A stretch of DNA of 32,000 bases. It comes from Breznakia sp. PF5-3. GTDB lineage: Bacteria; Bacillota_I; Bacilli_A; Erysipelotrichales; Erysipelotrichaceae. The notes beneath the pieces are model-generated. The model did not search any database and had not been told where the DNA came from. It saw only the letters and a program-made list of their open reading frames with translations. The position numbers were made by a program, and so were the translations under genes. Positions 1 to 9,807 of the stretch are shown here, piece by piece (the stretch's first letter is position 1; each line of letters starts with the position of its first letter). The stretch lies in NCBI RefSeq assembly GCF_029504745.1, contig NZ_JAQFIQ010000018.1:12722-44721 (forward strand). The letters are read 5' to 3'.

Positions 1-628
1 GTGGTCGTTTTTTCCATAATTCATATATTGCATTACTATCAGAACTTACAATAAGTGCTTCCACTTTAAAGGTAAGTATGTATTTTTCTTGTGCATATAT
101 AGACGGTAAATCACCATGCATAGTCAATGAATTTAGGATTGGCTTTGTTGTATCTCCAGCCTTTAATACCTTTGTATAGTAATAGTATCCATCATTTCCA
201 TTCACCCATTCTGATCCATTTCCATCTGCCCAATAATTCGTCCATTGCTTTGTTACTGTATCAACCTCTTGTGTTGATGGAATACCATCATGATCAAAGG
301 TATTCGATAGTGTCTTATCGTTATGCCAATATTCTAGATAGGTACATCGAATAATAACATCGGCATTCCCACGATTAGAAAATTGTACTTTTTTGGTAGC
401 TGCTGTTCCAGGCACCCAATCTTCTACTTTAGGAAAGTCTTCAATAATCGAAACTTGATAGTAAGGTAGACTTAATACATTTTCTATTTCATCATCAACA
501 AGCAACCATAAATAGCTTTCATCTACTGCAAATGTCAATGTCAGCAACGAGAACGAGAAGCAAAGTGATGCTATGAAAAATACAGCTTTTTTAATTTTTC
601 TTCTTAATCTTCGTTTCTTTCTTTTCAC
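1..628 (-). CDS. TasA/camelysin-like (SipW-type class) secreted matrix/fibre protein; 3' end cut by the window edge
   Basis: Absent from the supplied track because it runs off the window. My translation from GTG at 628..626 is VKRKKRRLRRKIKKAVFFIASLCFSFSLLTLTFAVDESYLW...EDWVPGTAATKKVQFSNRGNADVIIRCTYLEYW...QEKYILTFKVEALIVSSD, open for 209 codons down to position 2. A GAGG SD at 640..637 overlaps the TGA stop of the upstream gene. It has a basic n-region and a hydrophobic h-region. The PG-x3-K-x-V-x-F-x-N-x-G-N-x-D-V-x-x-R motif and the late F-K-V-E-A strand resemble TasA/CalY/BsaA-type proteins as I remember them. Confidence 0.55.
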   Translation of the reverse strand, partial: MKRKKRRLRRKIKKAVFFIASLCFSFSLLTLTFAVDESYLWLLVDDEIENVLSLPYYQVSIIEDFPKVEDWVPGTAATKKVQFSNRGNADVIIRCTYLEYWHNDKTLSNTFDHDGIPSTQEVDTVTKQWTNYWADGNGSEWVNGNDGYYYYTKVLKAGDTTKPILNSLTMHGDLPSIYAQEKYILTFKVEALIVSSDSNAIYELWKKRP

Positions 629-638
629 ATCATTTACC

Positions 639-2432
639 TCACTTCACTGCATTTACATCTTCTATTTTTGTTATTGAATCTTCCAAAACCACAACAGTAT
701 CATTCACAATCATTTCCACTACTAATTCATTTTGTGGTGGTGTTGGATACATGTCTTGTTTTGCTTTCAATACAACATTTTTCTTTATGAATGCAGATGA
801 TTTTAGCTCTGATGGTCCCCATTCAATATATGTTCTTCCATTACTATCGGTTTTAATACGTCCATCCCCTGCAGATACAACTTCAAAATTATCATCTATG
901 TAATATTTCGTATAAACATTTTTAAAGTTTCCGGAAATAACACCTGAGAATAAATCAAATGCTACTCCTAACTCATCTGTTGTTGTTACTTTTCTAAAGT
1001 TTTTCTCAACTGGTGCAGATGTTACATTTTCCATAAATTCTTGAACTTTATTTCCTAATCTCAAATCGTTAGGATTAGTAGATACAGGATAAGATGTCGT
1101 ATCAAATAATCCAATACTGAAAATCGTAGCTCCTAAACCTAAAGCACTTCGTACATAATTACCACCTTTTTCACTTGAGAATGTTTCAGGTGATGCTGGA
1201 TAGCTAGGATCACCAACATAAGGAATATAACTTGTATTATATAAACTATATTGCGAATTATTACGTACACTTCGATAGTCTTCCCAGGTATATCCAGAAC
1301 CTAGTTTCACACCATAATATGGAATCCACTGATTTGTGGCATTATTTCCATATCCTATGAAAGATTCATTTGTTGAAGTCGTTTGTCCTCTAACACCTTT
1401 TAATATATTCGCTTGATTTTGCGCTTCTGCCATAACTTGGAATGTATTATTCACATATGTATAAGCTTTACTCTTATACCAATCATAGTTATTTGAAGAA
1501 GGTCCATAGGATGGAACTACCCCACCTGGAACTCCATCGGTAAACAAGACTACAAATCGCTCATTGCTTGATTGATTACGTTTTTCAAGTTGACGCCTTG
1601 CTTCTTTAAATCCAAGATCTGTCATTGTAATACCATCTACTTCCCAACTATCAATAATCGAATGGACACTAGTTGTATTAATTCCATTCAATGTCGTCCA
1701 ATCCATTGCTACATCTGCATAACGACTATAGGTAATAATGGATAGCTTACTGTCTGGATGTGCATCAATAGACAATGCTTTAACAAACTCTTTGGTTGTT
1801 TCTTTTACTAGATGTAAACGACTATATTTAGGATCTGAAGGGATTCCTTTATAATCAATGTCATACGCCATGGTAAATGATAAATCGACAACGAACACGA
1901 CATCTACAGGTCGTGGTTGTGCTGGTTTTGGTTGTATTTCAAGATCTATAGAATATAATTTTTCTTTACTCCACTGACCAGCCAATAATTCGTTTTGTAT
2001 CGACGCAAAAGAATAAAACGTTGGTAAGCTAACTGCTTCTATTATTATATCCACTGGTACTGCTTTCCCATTTACAACTTCTACATTAAATTTTGTTGAA
2101 TTAACTTGCTGCATATAATCAACACTTGTTCTTTTAATTCTTAAACCCATCGGTTCAACCAAAGTAACACTATAGGTACCATCTGCTAAATTAAAAAATG
2201 GTTCATAATTTCCAACCTCTACACAAGAATTTGTATTGGTTGGACCTTCAATTTTTATACCAATTTCACTATTCACAGGAGTAGCACTTCCGCTAACCAT
2301 ATGCGTTACAAATATAATAGCTCCTGTCGGTTCATTCGCAGAAACTTTAGTATTTTTCATTTCAGGCATCACTGTGATACAAGAAAGGAATACGATAAAC
2401 ATCAAGATACTTTTATAAATTTTTCTTTTCAC
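639..2432 (-). CDS. secreted von Willebrand factor A (vWA) domain protein with an N-terminal beta-sandwich-like domain and no LPXTG motif
   Basis: 597-aa ORF with a GTG start and an AAGGAGG SD at 2444..2438. Sec-type signal peptide MKRKIYKSILMFIVFLSCITVM...KVSA/NE. MIDAS-like elements VVFVVDLSFTM, GITMTDLG and VVLFTDGVPG. No C-terminal sorting signal or hydrophobic tail. Confidence 0.8.
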   Translation of the reverse strand: MKRKIYKSILMFIVFLSCITVMPEMKNTKVSANEPTGAIIFVTHMVSGSATPVNSEIGIKIEGPTNTNSCVEVGNYEPFFNLADGTYSVTLVEPMGLRIKRTSVDYMQQVNSTKFNVEVVNGKAVPVDIIIEAVSLPTFYSFASIQNELLAGQWSKEKLYSIDLEIQPKPAQPRPVDVVFVVDLSFTMAYDIDYKGIPSDPKYSRLHLVKETTKEFVKALSIDAHPDSKLSIITYSRYADVAMDWTTLNGINTTSVHSIIDSWEVDGITMTDLGFKEARRQLEKRNQSSNERFVVLFTDGVPGGVVPSYGPSSNNYDWYKSKAYTYVNNTFQVMAEAQNQANILKGVRGQTTSTNESFIGYGNNATNQWIPYYGVKLGSGYTWEDYRSVRNNSQYSLYNTSYIPYVGDPSYPASPETFSSEKGGNYVRSALGLGATIFSIGLFDTTSYPVSTNPNDLRLGNKVQEFMENVTSAPVEKNFRKVTTTDELGVAFDLFSGVISGNFKNVYTKYYIDDNFEVVSAGDGRIKTDSNGRTYIEWGPSELKSSAFIKKNVVLKAKQDMYPTPPQNELVVEMIVNDTVVVLEDSITKIEDVNAVK

Positions 2433-2636
2433 ATTGCCTCCTTTGCAAACTAGGTATTAATGAATAACATATTCCATACTAACTTGCATTCCTATCATAA
2501 ACAAAGAAAAGCAATTCAAAATGTTTTTGTTATAAAAAAAGGTTTTTTTGTAATAAAATATAACAAATTATATAATTAAATGTATAAGTAAATCATAACA
2601 AGTTTATATAATATCATTATTTTTTTATGAAATTCC

Positions 2637-2676
2637 AAAAAAAATGTAGCTTTGAGTATAGAACTCATTGCTACAT
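2637..2676 (-). terminator. rho-independent terminator of groEL
   Basis: Stem atgtagc (2644-2650) pairs with gctacat (2670-2676), with an inner tgagt/actca helix. An A-run on the plus strand (2637-2644) gives a U-run on the minus-strand transcript. Confidence 0.7.
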
Positions 2677-2682
2677 TTTTAA

Positions 2683-4323
<1,641 letters not shown>

Positions 4324-4605
4324 TTATTTTAAAATTGCCAATATACTCTCTTCTGCAACGATTGAATAATCTTTATCCTCGTATGTAATTGAAGTTGCTG
4401 CATATTCTTTATATACAACCTTATCTCCTTCTTTTACTTGCAGGGGAACCAATTTCCCATCAACAAATTTTCCCTTTCCACATGCTACTACCGTAGCGAT
4501 ACTAGGTGTTTCTTTAGGACTACCACTTAAAATAATCCCACTCGAGGTCTTATTTTCAACCTCTTCTTTTACAAGTATTACATTATCATGTAATGGTTCA
4601 AACAT
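4324..4605 (-). CDS. groES: co-chaperonin GroES (Cpn10)
   Basis: 93 aa, MFEPLHDNVILVKEE...GIILSGS...GDKVVYKEY, a typical Cpn10. AAAGGAGG SD upstream, and the gene sits upstream of groEL. Confidence 0.97.
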   Translation of the reverse strand: MFEPLHDNVILVKEEVENKTSSGIILSGSPKETPSIATVVACGKGKFVDGKLVPLQVKEGDKVVYKEYAATSITYEDKDYSIVAEESILAILK

Positions 4606-4620
4606 ATAATTACCTCCTTT

Positions 4621-4647
4621 TTAGCACTCTCAACCATCAAGTGTTAA
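4621..4647. promoter_or_regulatory. CIRCE operator, promoter-distal copy (HrcA site), imperfect
   Basis: TTAGCACTC-N9-AAGTGTTAA against the consensus TTAGCACTC-N9-GAGTGCTAA. Lies between the -10 element and the groES SD. Confidence 0.75.
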
Positions 4648-4652
4648 TAGAT

Positions 4653-4680
4653 ATTATAATCATTTTTAGCACTCTGTCAA
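4653..4680 (-). promoter_or_regulatory. sigma-A-type promoter of groES-groEL
   Basis: On the minus strand: TTGACA (4680..4675), a 16-nt spacer, then TATAAT (4658..4653). Confidence 0.55.
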
Positions 4681-4692
4681 TACGAGTGACAA
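4666..4692. promoter_or_regulatory. CIRCE operator, second copy, overlapping the -35 and spacer of the groES promoter
   Basis: TTAGCACTC-N9-GAGTGACAA (plus-strand reading), with one arm perfect and the other carrying two mismatches. Confidence 0.7.
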
Positions 4693-4733
4693 AAAAGTTA
4701 AACAATTTTTCATATTCTTTCTAAATCATCATA

Positions 4734-4759
4734 AGAAAAAAACACCTACTTCGTAGGTG
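4734..4759 (-). terminator. rho-independent terminator of the TetR gene, overlapping its last codons
   Basis: Stem cacctac/gtaggtg (4743-4749 and 4753-4759) followed on the minus strand by a U-run (plus-strand A-run 4734-4742). Confidence 0.6.
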
Positions 4760-5354
4760 CAATTCCTTTGATCATAAGTTCTGTCCACTCGGCTGTATAT
4801 GGGACAATATGTTCATATACTTTTGGGTTTGAAATTCCTTCAACTAACGCTTGAAAATAAAGCAACAGAAACTCATCAGAATATTTCAAATCAACTTTTC
4901 CTTCTTTTTTTCCACGATGGAATAAATCCAACATCAGACCCGAACTCTCATGTAAATAATCCATCATCAATACCGTAAATCCATCATCATTTTTATTTGT
5001 GAAGTAATCCATTAAATCCAAATAAAATTGATGATTTACTTCTCTAAAAAAAGTTATTTTATTTTGACTCATTGCTATTAATGTCTCCGCAAATGGTTTA
5101 TTTTCATCCATTATTTTTCTAGCTTCTGTAGCAATCTGTTCAATAAATTCTTTAAACACTTGATGAATTAAATTATCTTTACTACCAAAATATTTAAAAA
5201 TCGTTGTCTTTCCAACCTTTGCCTGTTTCACTATTTCATCAATCCTTACATTTGTTATACCTGCGTCTGTATTCATCATATCAAAGGTTGTTTTTAAAAT
5301 TAATTGCCGCTTTTCTTCCGTTCTCTTTTCAAATCCATTCATATGTTTTCTCAC
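4746..5354 (-). CDS. TetR/AcrR family transcriptional regulator
   Basis: N-terminal HTH (ITNVRIDEIVKQAKVGKTTIFKYFGSKDNL) followed by a helical ligand-binding domain. The track start at 5354 is GTG. The ATG at 5342 (MNGFEK...) is probably the real start. Confidence 0.85.
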   Translation of the reverse strand: MRKHMNGFEKRTEEKRQLILKTTFDMMNTDAGITNVRIDEIVKQAKVGKTTIFKYFGSKDNLIHQVFKEFIEQIATEARKIMDENKPFAETLIAMSQNKITFFREVNHQFYLDLMDYFTNKNDDGFTVLMMDYLHESSGLMLDLFHRGKKEGKVDLKYSDEFLLLYFQALVEGISNPKVYEHIVPYTAEWTELMIKGIAPTK

Positions 5355-5406
5355 TTTCTTATTTTCATTATAGCATAACCAAAATTAAATACTATAATAT
5401 ATTTTT

Positions 5407-5455
5407 TAGTTCTTAATTTTTTATTTTTATAATTATATTAATTAATTAAGAACTA
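5407..5455. repeat. perfect 12-bp inverted repeat with a 25-nt spacer in the TetR/ABC divergent intergenic region
   Basis: tagttcttaatt (5407-5418) and aattaagaacta (5444-5455). Confidence 0.6.
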
Positions 5456-5667
5456 TTTTATCAAAAAGGTACATTGTTGTTGGTTGACAATAGTAAAAAA
5501 ATGTTTATTATTAAACTTGTAAATGAACTTTGGTTTGACACAAGTTAAGGTTGATGACAATTCTTTATCCTTCCCCAATAACAAGAATTCTTCACCATGA
5601 AACTTTGCATAGAACTGGAAAGCACGTTACGCACTTTACTATTTATATGAAAAGGAGTATCTGTGTT

Positions 5668-6546
5668 ATGGAAATTATTAAAATAAAAGGATTACAAAAG
5701 AAGTTTGGTAAGTTTACTGCCTTACATGATGTATCACTTAGTGTTAACGCTGGTGAAGTTGTTGGTTTCATTGGACCAAATGGAGCTGGAAAATCAACAA
5801 CAATTCGTGTTTTGTTGGGGATTATCAATCGAGATGCTGGAGATGTAACCATCTTTAATCACGATGTATGGAAAGACAGCTTAGAAATTCATAAACGTAT
5901 TTCTTACGTTCCTGGGGATGTTGCGCTTTGGGGAAACCTAACTGGGGGAGAGATTATTGATTTATTTATGAAATTGCATGGTGGAGGAGATAAAACAAAG
6001 CGGGATTATTTAATCAATCGTTTTGAACTAGATCCAAAGAAAAAAGCCAAAAGTTATTCAAAGGGTAATCGCCAAAAAGTTGGATTGATTGCAGCCTTGT
6101 CGGTTGCATCAGATTTATATATATTTGATGAACCAACTTCTGGATTAGACCCTTTAATGGAAGCAGTATTTCAAGAAGAAATTGAGAAAATCAAAACCGA
6201 AGGAAAGGCTATCTTGCTCTCTTCCCACATATTAAGCGAGGTAGAACGATTAGCTGATAAAGTTGCAATTATTCGCCAAGGGAAAGTTGTTGAAACAGGA
6301 ACACTTGATGAACTACGTCATTTAACTCGTTCTACAGTAACTATGGCTACAACCAAAGATGTAGAAGCGATGGCGAAAGTAAAAGGTGTTTATGATTTTG
6401 TGAAAAAGGGGAATCAAGCTACATTCTCTGTCGATAATCATCATATGAATGATATTATGGCAGAAGCAGTAAAATTAGGAGTTAAAAAATTTGAATCTGT
6501 ACCACCAACGCTAGAAGATTTATTCATGCGTCATTATGCAGAATAG
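5668..6546 (+). CDS. ABC transporter ATP-binding protein (ABC-2/exporter type)
   Basis: Walker A GPNGAGKST, signature YSKGNRQKV, Walker B LYIFDEPTSGLD. I prefer the ATG at 5668 (MEIIKIKGL), which has an AAAGGAG SD at 5651-5657, over the TTG-start extension at 5551. Confidence 0.9.
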   Translation: MEIIKIKGLQKKFGKFTALHDVSLSVNAGEVVGFIGPNGAGKSTTIRVLLGIINRDAGDVTIFNHDVWKDSLEIHKRISYVPGDVALWGNLTGGEIIDLFMKLHGGGDKTKRDYLINRFELDPKKKAKSYSKGNRQKVGLIAALSVASDLYIFDEPTSGLDPLMEAVFQEEIEKIKTEGKAILLSSHILSEVERLADKVAIIRQGKVVETGTLDELRHLTRSTVTMATTKDVEAMAKVKGVYDFVKKGNQATFSVDNHHMNDIMAEAVKLGVKKFESVPPTLEDLFMRHYAE

Positions 6547-6568
6547 ACAGGAGCGAGGTGTTTACATC

Positions 6569-8182
6569 ATGAAAGAAAAATTCTCACTATGGAATGTTTT
6601 GTTTATACAATACATCAAACGTGATTGGAAAAAAATTATTGTATGGATTTTAGGTTTAGGTTTATTTTGTGGAGCTTTTGTTCCTGCTTTTGAAGAAATT
6701 GGAAAGGGACAAGGTCTAATTGGGTTATTTGAAACTATGCAAAATCCTGCAATGATTTCTATGATTGGACCTACCCCTGTTGAACATGCTGCTAACTATA
6801 CGTTAGGTGCCATGTATGCAAATGAGATGCTACTATTTTGTGGATTGTTTGCAATGATTATTTCTGCTTTGCATGTTGTTAGTCATACTCGTAAAGAAGA
6901 AGAATTAGGATTAAGTGAACTCGTCCGTTCTTTTGAAGTGGGTAGACAAGCAAATTCATTAGCCGTTATCATCGAAACAATTCTCATTAACCTTATATTA
7001 GCCCTCTTTATAGGTGGTATAATGGTAAGCTTTGGCGTAGATTCCATTGTTGCAGAAGGGACATTTCTATTTGGAGCATCAATCGGTTTAGCTGGAATTA
7101 TCGGAGCAGTACTTGCTTTGTTAATCTCACAAATCATGCCTACTTCATCTGGAGCCTCTGGAACTACTTTATCAATCATTGGATTATTATATATTTTGCG
7201 TGCTAGTAGTGATATTTCAAATATCACATTGTCAAAAATCAATCCAATGGGATGGGTATATTTAACTTATCCATTTACCGAAAATAATTGGTATTTCCTA
7301 TTCATTGGTATTATATTCTGTATCGCAATTATCTTCTTATCCTTTGTGTTGGAAGGTAAACGTGATATGGGTGCAGGTTATCTTCCTGAAAAAGAAGGAC
7401 GAGCAACAGCAAAGAAATCGTTATTATCGGTTCCTGGTTTATTATTCAAAATCAACAAAGGTTCTATTATTGGCTGGCTTATTGCTTTTATGATTATGGG
7501 AGCTGCCTATGGATCCATTTATGGAGATATGCAAACATTCTTAAAAAGTAATGAGTTGATAAGTCAAATGTTTACAATGAGTGGCATTTCACTTGAGGCT
7601 TCCTTCACAGGAACCATCATGATGATCATGATCGGACTTGTTGCCATTCTTCCTATTACAGTTATAAATAAACTATTTTCAGAAGAAACGCGAATGCATC
7701 TTAGTCAACTATATTCTACGAAAGTTACAAGAGGACAATTGTATTGGACGACGCTTATCATTGCTATTTTGGCAGGAATAATCGGTATTGTTTTTGGGGC
7801 TGGTGGATTAGGTTTGGCAGCTATGACATCCATGAATGGAACTTCTACACTTAATATGATAGATTTTCTTGCTGCTGGGTTTAACTTCTTACCATCGGTC
7901 TTATTTTTCACAGGTTTAGCTGCCTTAGCCCTTGGCTGGCTTCCAAAGCTAGGAAAAGTTGTTTATGCCTATCTTGGGTATTCCTTTGCAATTAACTATT
8001 TTGGAGGTATCTTAAATTTACCAAACTGGTTCTCTAAAACCGCAATCATGAGTTGGATTCCACGAATGCCTATGGAAGATTTTGATATAACGATATTTCT
8101 TATCATATCACTACTTGGTATTGGATTAATGATTTTAGGTTATATTGGTTATAAAAAAAGAGACATGCAAGAAAGAGCATAA
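6569..8182 (+). CDS. ABC transporter permease (multi-pass membrane protein)
   Basis: About 537 aa and strongly hydrophobic with many predicted TM segments. The ATG at 6569 follows a GAGGTG SD. The gene sits next to the ATPase gene. Confidence 0.8.
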   Translation: MKEKFSLWNVLFIQYIKRDWKKIIVWILGLGLFCGAFVPAFEEIGKGQGLIGLFETMQNPAMISMIGPTPVEHAANYTLGAMYANEMLLFCGLFAMIISALHVVSHTRKEEELGLSELVRSFEVGRQANSLAVIIETILINLILALFIGGIMVSFGVDSIVAEGTFLFGASIGLAGIIGAVLALLISQIMPTSSGASGTTLSIIGLLYILRASSDISNITLSKINPMGWVYLTYPFTENNWYFLFIGIIFCIAIIFLSFVLEGKRDMGAGYLPEKEGRATAKKSLLSVPGLLFKINKGSIIGWLIAFMIMGAAYGSIYGDMQTFLKSNELISQMFTMSGISLEASFTGTIMMIMIGLVAILPITVINKLFSEETRMHLSQLYSTKVTRGQLYWTTLIIAILAGIIGIVFGAGGLGLAAMTSMNGTSTLNMIDFLAAGFNFLPSVLFFTGLAALALGWLPKLGKVVYAYLGYSFAINYFGGILNLPNWFSKTAIMSWIPRMPMEDFDITIFLIISLLGIGLMILGYIGYKKRDMQERA

Positions 8183-8186
8183 TGAC

Positions 8187-8216
8187 AAAAGCGAGTACAC
8201 CATGTACTCGCTTTCT
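8187..8216. terminator. bidirectional rho-independent terminator between convergent genes
   Basis: Perfect 10-bp stem agcgagtaca/tgtactcgct (8190-8199 and 8203-8212) flanked by an A-run and a T-rich run. Confidence 0.7.
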
Positions 8217-8277
8217 TAATTGTAACCTTTTTATATTTCATAAAGAATATAATTCTTTTTATTCATAATTTAGATAT

Positions 8278-9015
8278 TTATATTCTTTTTGCTTCATAGG
8301 TGAATACTGCTTTATCACAACGAATATAACTCTCAGTATACTCTACAACATTACCATCTTTATCTTTGCCTAAGTACTCAAAGTAATATAAAGGATCATT
8401 GGTGTGAATTCCCATTTGCTTGGCAAGCTTCTCATCTGCTTCAATAATGATTAAGCGTTGTTCAAATTTTATTGGGAAGTGTCCTTTGGACTCCATATAA
8501 TTATAAATCGAAACATTTTCAAAATTATGTTCATCTGCATCTTCAAAAAATTTAAATGGCATATAACAATACTCTACTCCAAAAGGCTCATCATTTGCAT
8601 AACGCAAACGATGAACAACATATACATCTTCATACTTTGCCAAATTTAATTTTGACCCCAAATAATTAAATGCCTTTGTTAGCCCTTTTACTAGTACCTT
8701 ATCTTTTCTTCTAACCCCTTGTTCACGAAATAAAGCACTAATTCCTGAAGCATCATCACTTCCCCAAGCTAACCGTTGTCGATGTTTACGTTGTACAAAG
8801 GTTCCTTTTCCATGTACACGAAATAAATAGCCTTCTTCTACAAGAGCATCAATCGCTTTTTTAACAGTCATTCGATTCACTTCATAACTCTCTGCTAACT
8901 TGCGCTCACTTGGAATAGCCTCTCCAGGTAGATACTCTTTATTATTTACTTTTTGAACAATTGCATCTCTAATCTGTATATATATTGGCATCCGATAATC
9001 CATGTTCGTATCCAC
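8278..9015 (-). CDS. GntR/HutC family regulator (FrlR-like, UTRA effector domain)
   Basis: wHTH segment LPGEAIPSERKLAESYEVNRMTVKKAIDALVEEGYLFRVHGKGTFV followed by a UTRA-sized C-terminal domain. The track start is GTG. The ATG at 9003 is an alternative. Confidence 0.85.
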   Translation of the reverse strand: MDTNMDYRMPIYIQIRDAIVQKVNNKEYLPGEAIPSERKLAESYEVNRMTVKKAIDALVEEGYLFRVHGKGTFVQRKHRQRLAWGSDDASGISALFREQGVRRKDKVLVKGLTKAFNYLGSKLNLAKYEDVYVVHRLRYANDEPFGVEYCYMPFKFFEDADEHNFENVSIYNYMESKGHFPIKFEQRLIIIEADEKLAKQMGIHTNDPLYYFEYLGKDKDGNVVEYTESYIRCDKAVFTYEAKRI

Positions 9016-9019
9016 CCTC

Positions 9020-9745
9020 CTAACTTTTTTTCCCAGTTAAATCATCATTCACGTATACAAAGCGATTCATAATCATATAAGTCTCTGAGTATTCAATTGG
9101 TTTTCCATCAATAGATAATACCAAGCCCTGTTGCTTTACCAATTTTTCACCAACTGGTACATGTAAACTTTTCGATAAAAATTCATCACTTTCCACAACA
9201 ATAATTTCTTGTTCAGAAGAATCAAGATCAATTAAATAATCTTCTTCTAAAATACTATAAAAAGATCGATTTTCTAAATCTTTTTCCATCAGTGTAGGTG
9301 CTACATCACAAGGCACAAGCGATTCTTCGAGTGAAACAATTTCATCATCTACATAACGAAGACGATCAATAAAAAAACACTTCGTTCCTATGGGAAGTTT
9401 AATTTTATTAAATAAATCTTTTCCTATTTCTTTTTTTTCAATACTGAGTAGTTTGATATGCTGCTGTTTTCCCATATCTGAAACTACCTGCGAGGTAGAT
9501 GAAATTCGATACACATTCTTTTCGATGCGTCGTGGTGCTACATAGTAGCCACTACGCTCTCTTGAACAAATCCAACCTTCTTGAAGCAATATCTTTAACC
9601 CCGTACGAACGGTTGCTCTTTGCACATCAAGTTTCTCTGCCAATTCTCTTTCACTAGGTAATTTCTCACCCTCCAAAATAGGAGTGTTTTCTATCATGTA
9701 TTTAATTTCATTACATACGATAATATCAAGTGTTAACAATCTCAT
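9020..9745 (-). CDS. GntR/HutC family regulator (second paralog)
   Basis: LEGEKLPSERELAEKLDVQRATVRTGLKILLQEGWI followed by a UTRA-sized C-terminal domain. Confidence 0.8.
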   Translation of the reverse strand: MRLLTLDIIVCNEIKYMIENTPILEGEKLPSERELAEKLDVQRATVRTGLKILLQEGWICSRERSGYYVAPRRIEKNVYRISSTSQVVSDMGKQQHIKLLSIEKKEIGKDLFNKIKLPIGTKCFFIDRLRYVDDEIVSLEESLVPCDVAPTLMEKDLENRSFYSILEEDYLIDLDSSEQEIIVVESDEFLSKSLHVPVGEKLVKQQGLVLSIDGKPIEYSETYMIMNRFVYVNDDLTGKKS

Positions 9746-9807
9746 GGTAATTTGAACCTCTTTCCTTGTTTATTATACCACATTAAAGTTTATAAAAAAG
9801 ATATACC

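Noticed and set aside
5551-5667. N-terminal extensions proposed by the ORF track, each beginning at the first possible start codon. Examples: 5551 for the ABC ATPase, 6536 for the permease, 11744 for the MATE gene, 15756 for the epimerase, 17448 for the SIS gene, 19125 and 19444 for the SdpI/SdpR-like pair, 22867 for the rhodanese, 23279 for asnA and 26629 for the HdeD-like gene.
   Set aside because: In each case an internal ATG with a well-spaced AGGAGG-type SD begins at the point where family-typical sequence starts. The upstream extensions lack SD sequences and look non-protein-like.
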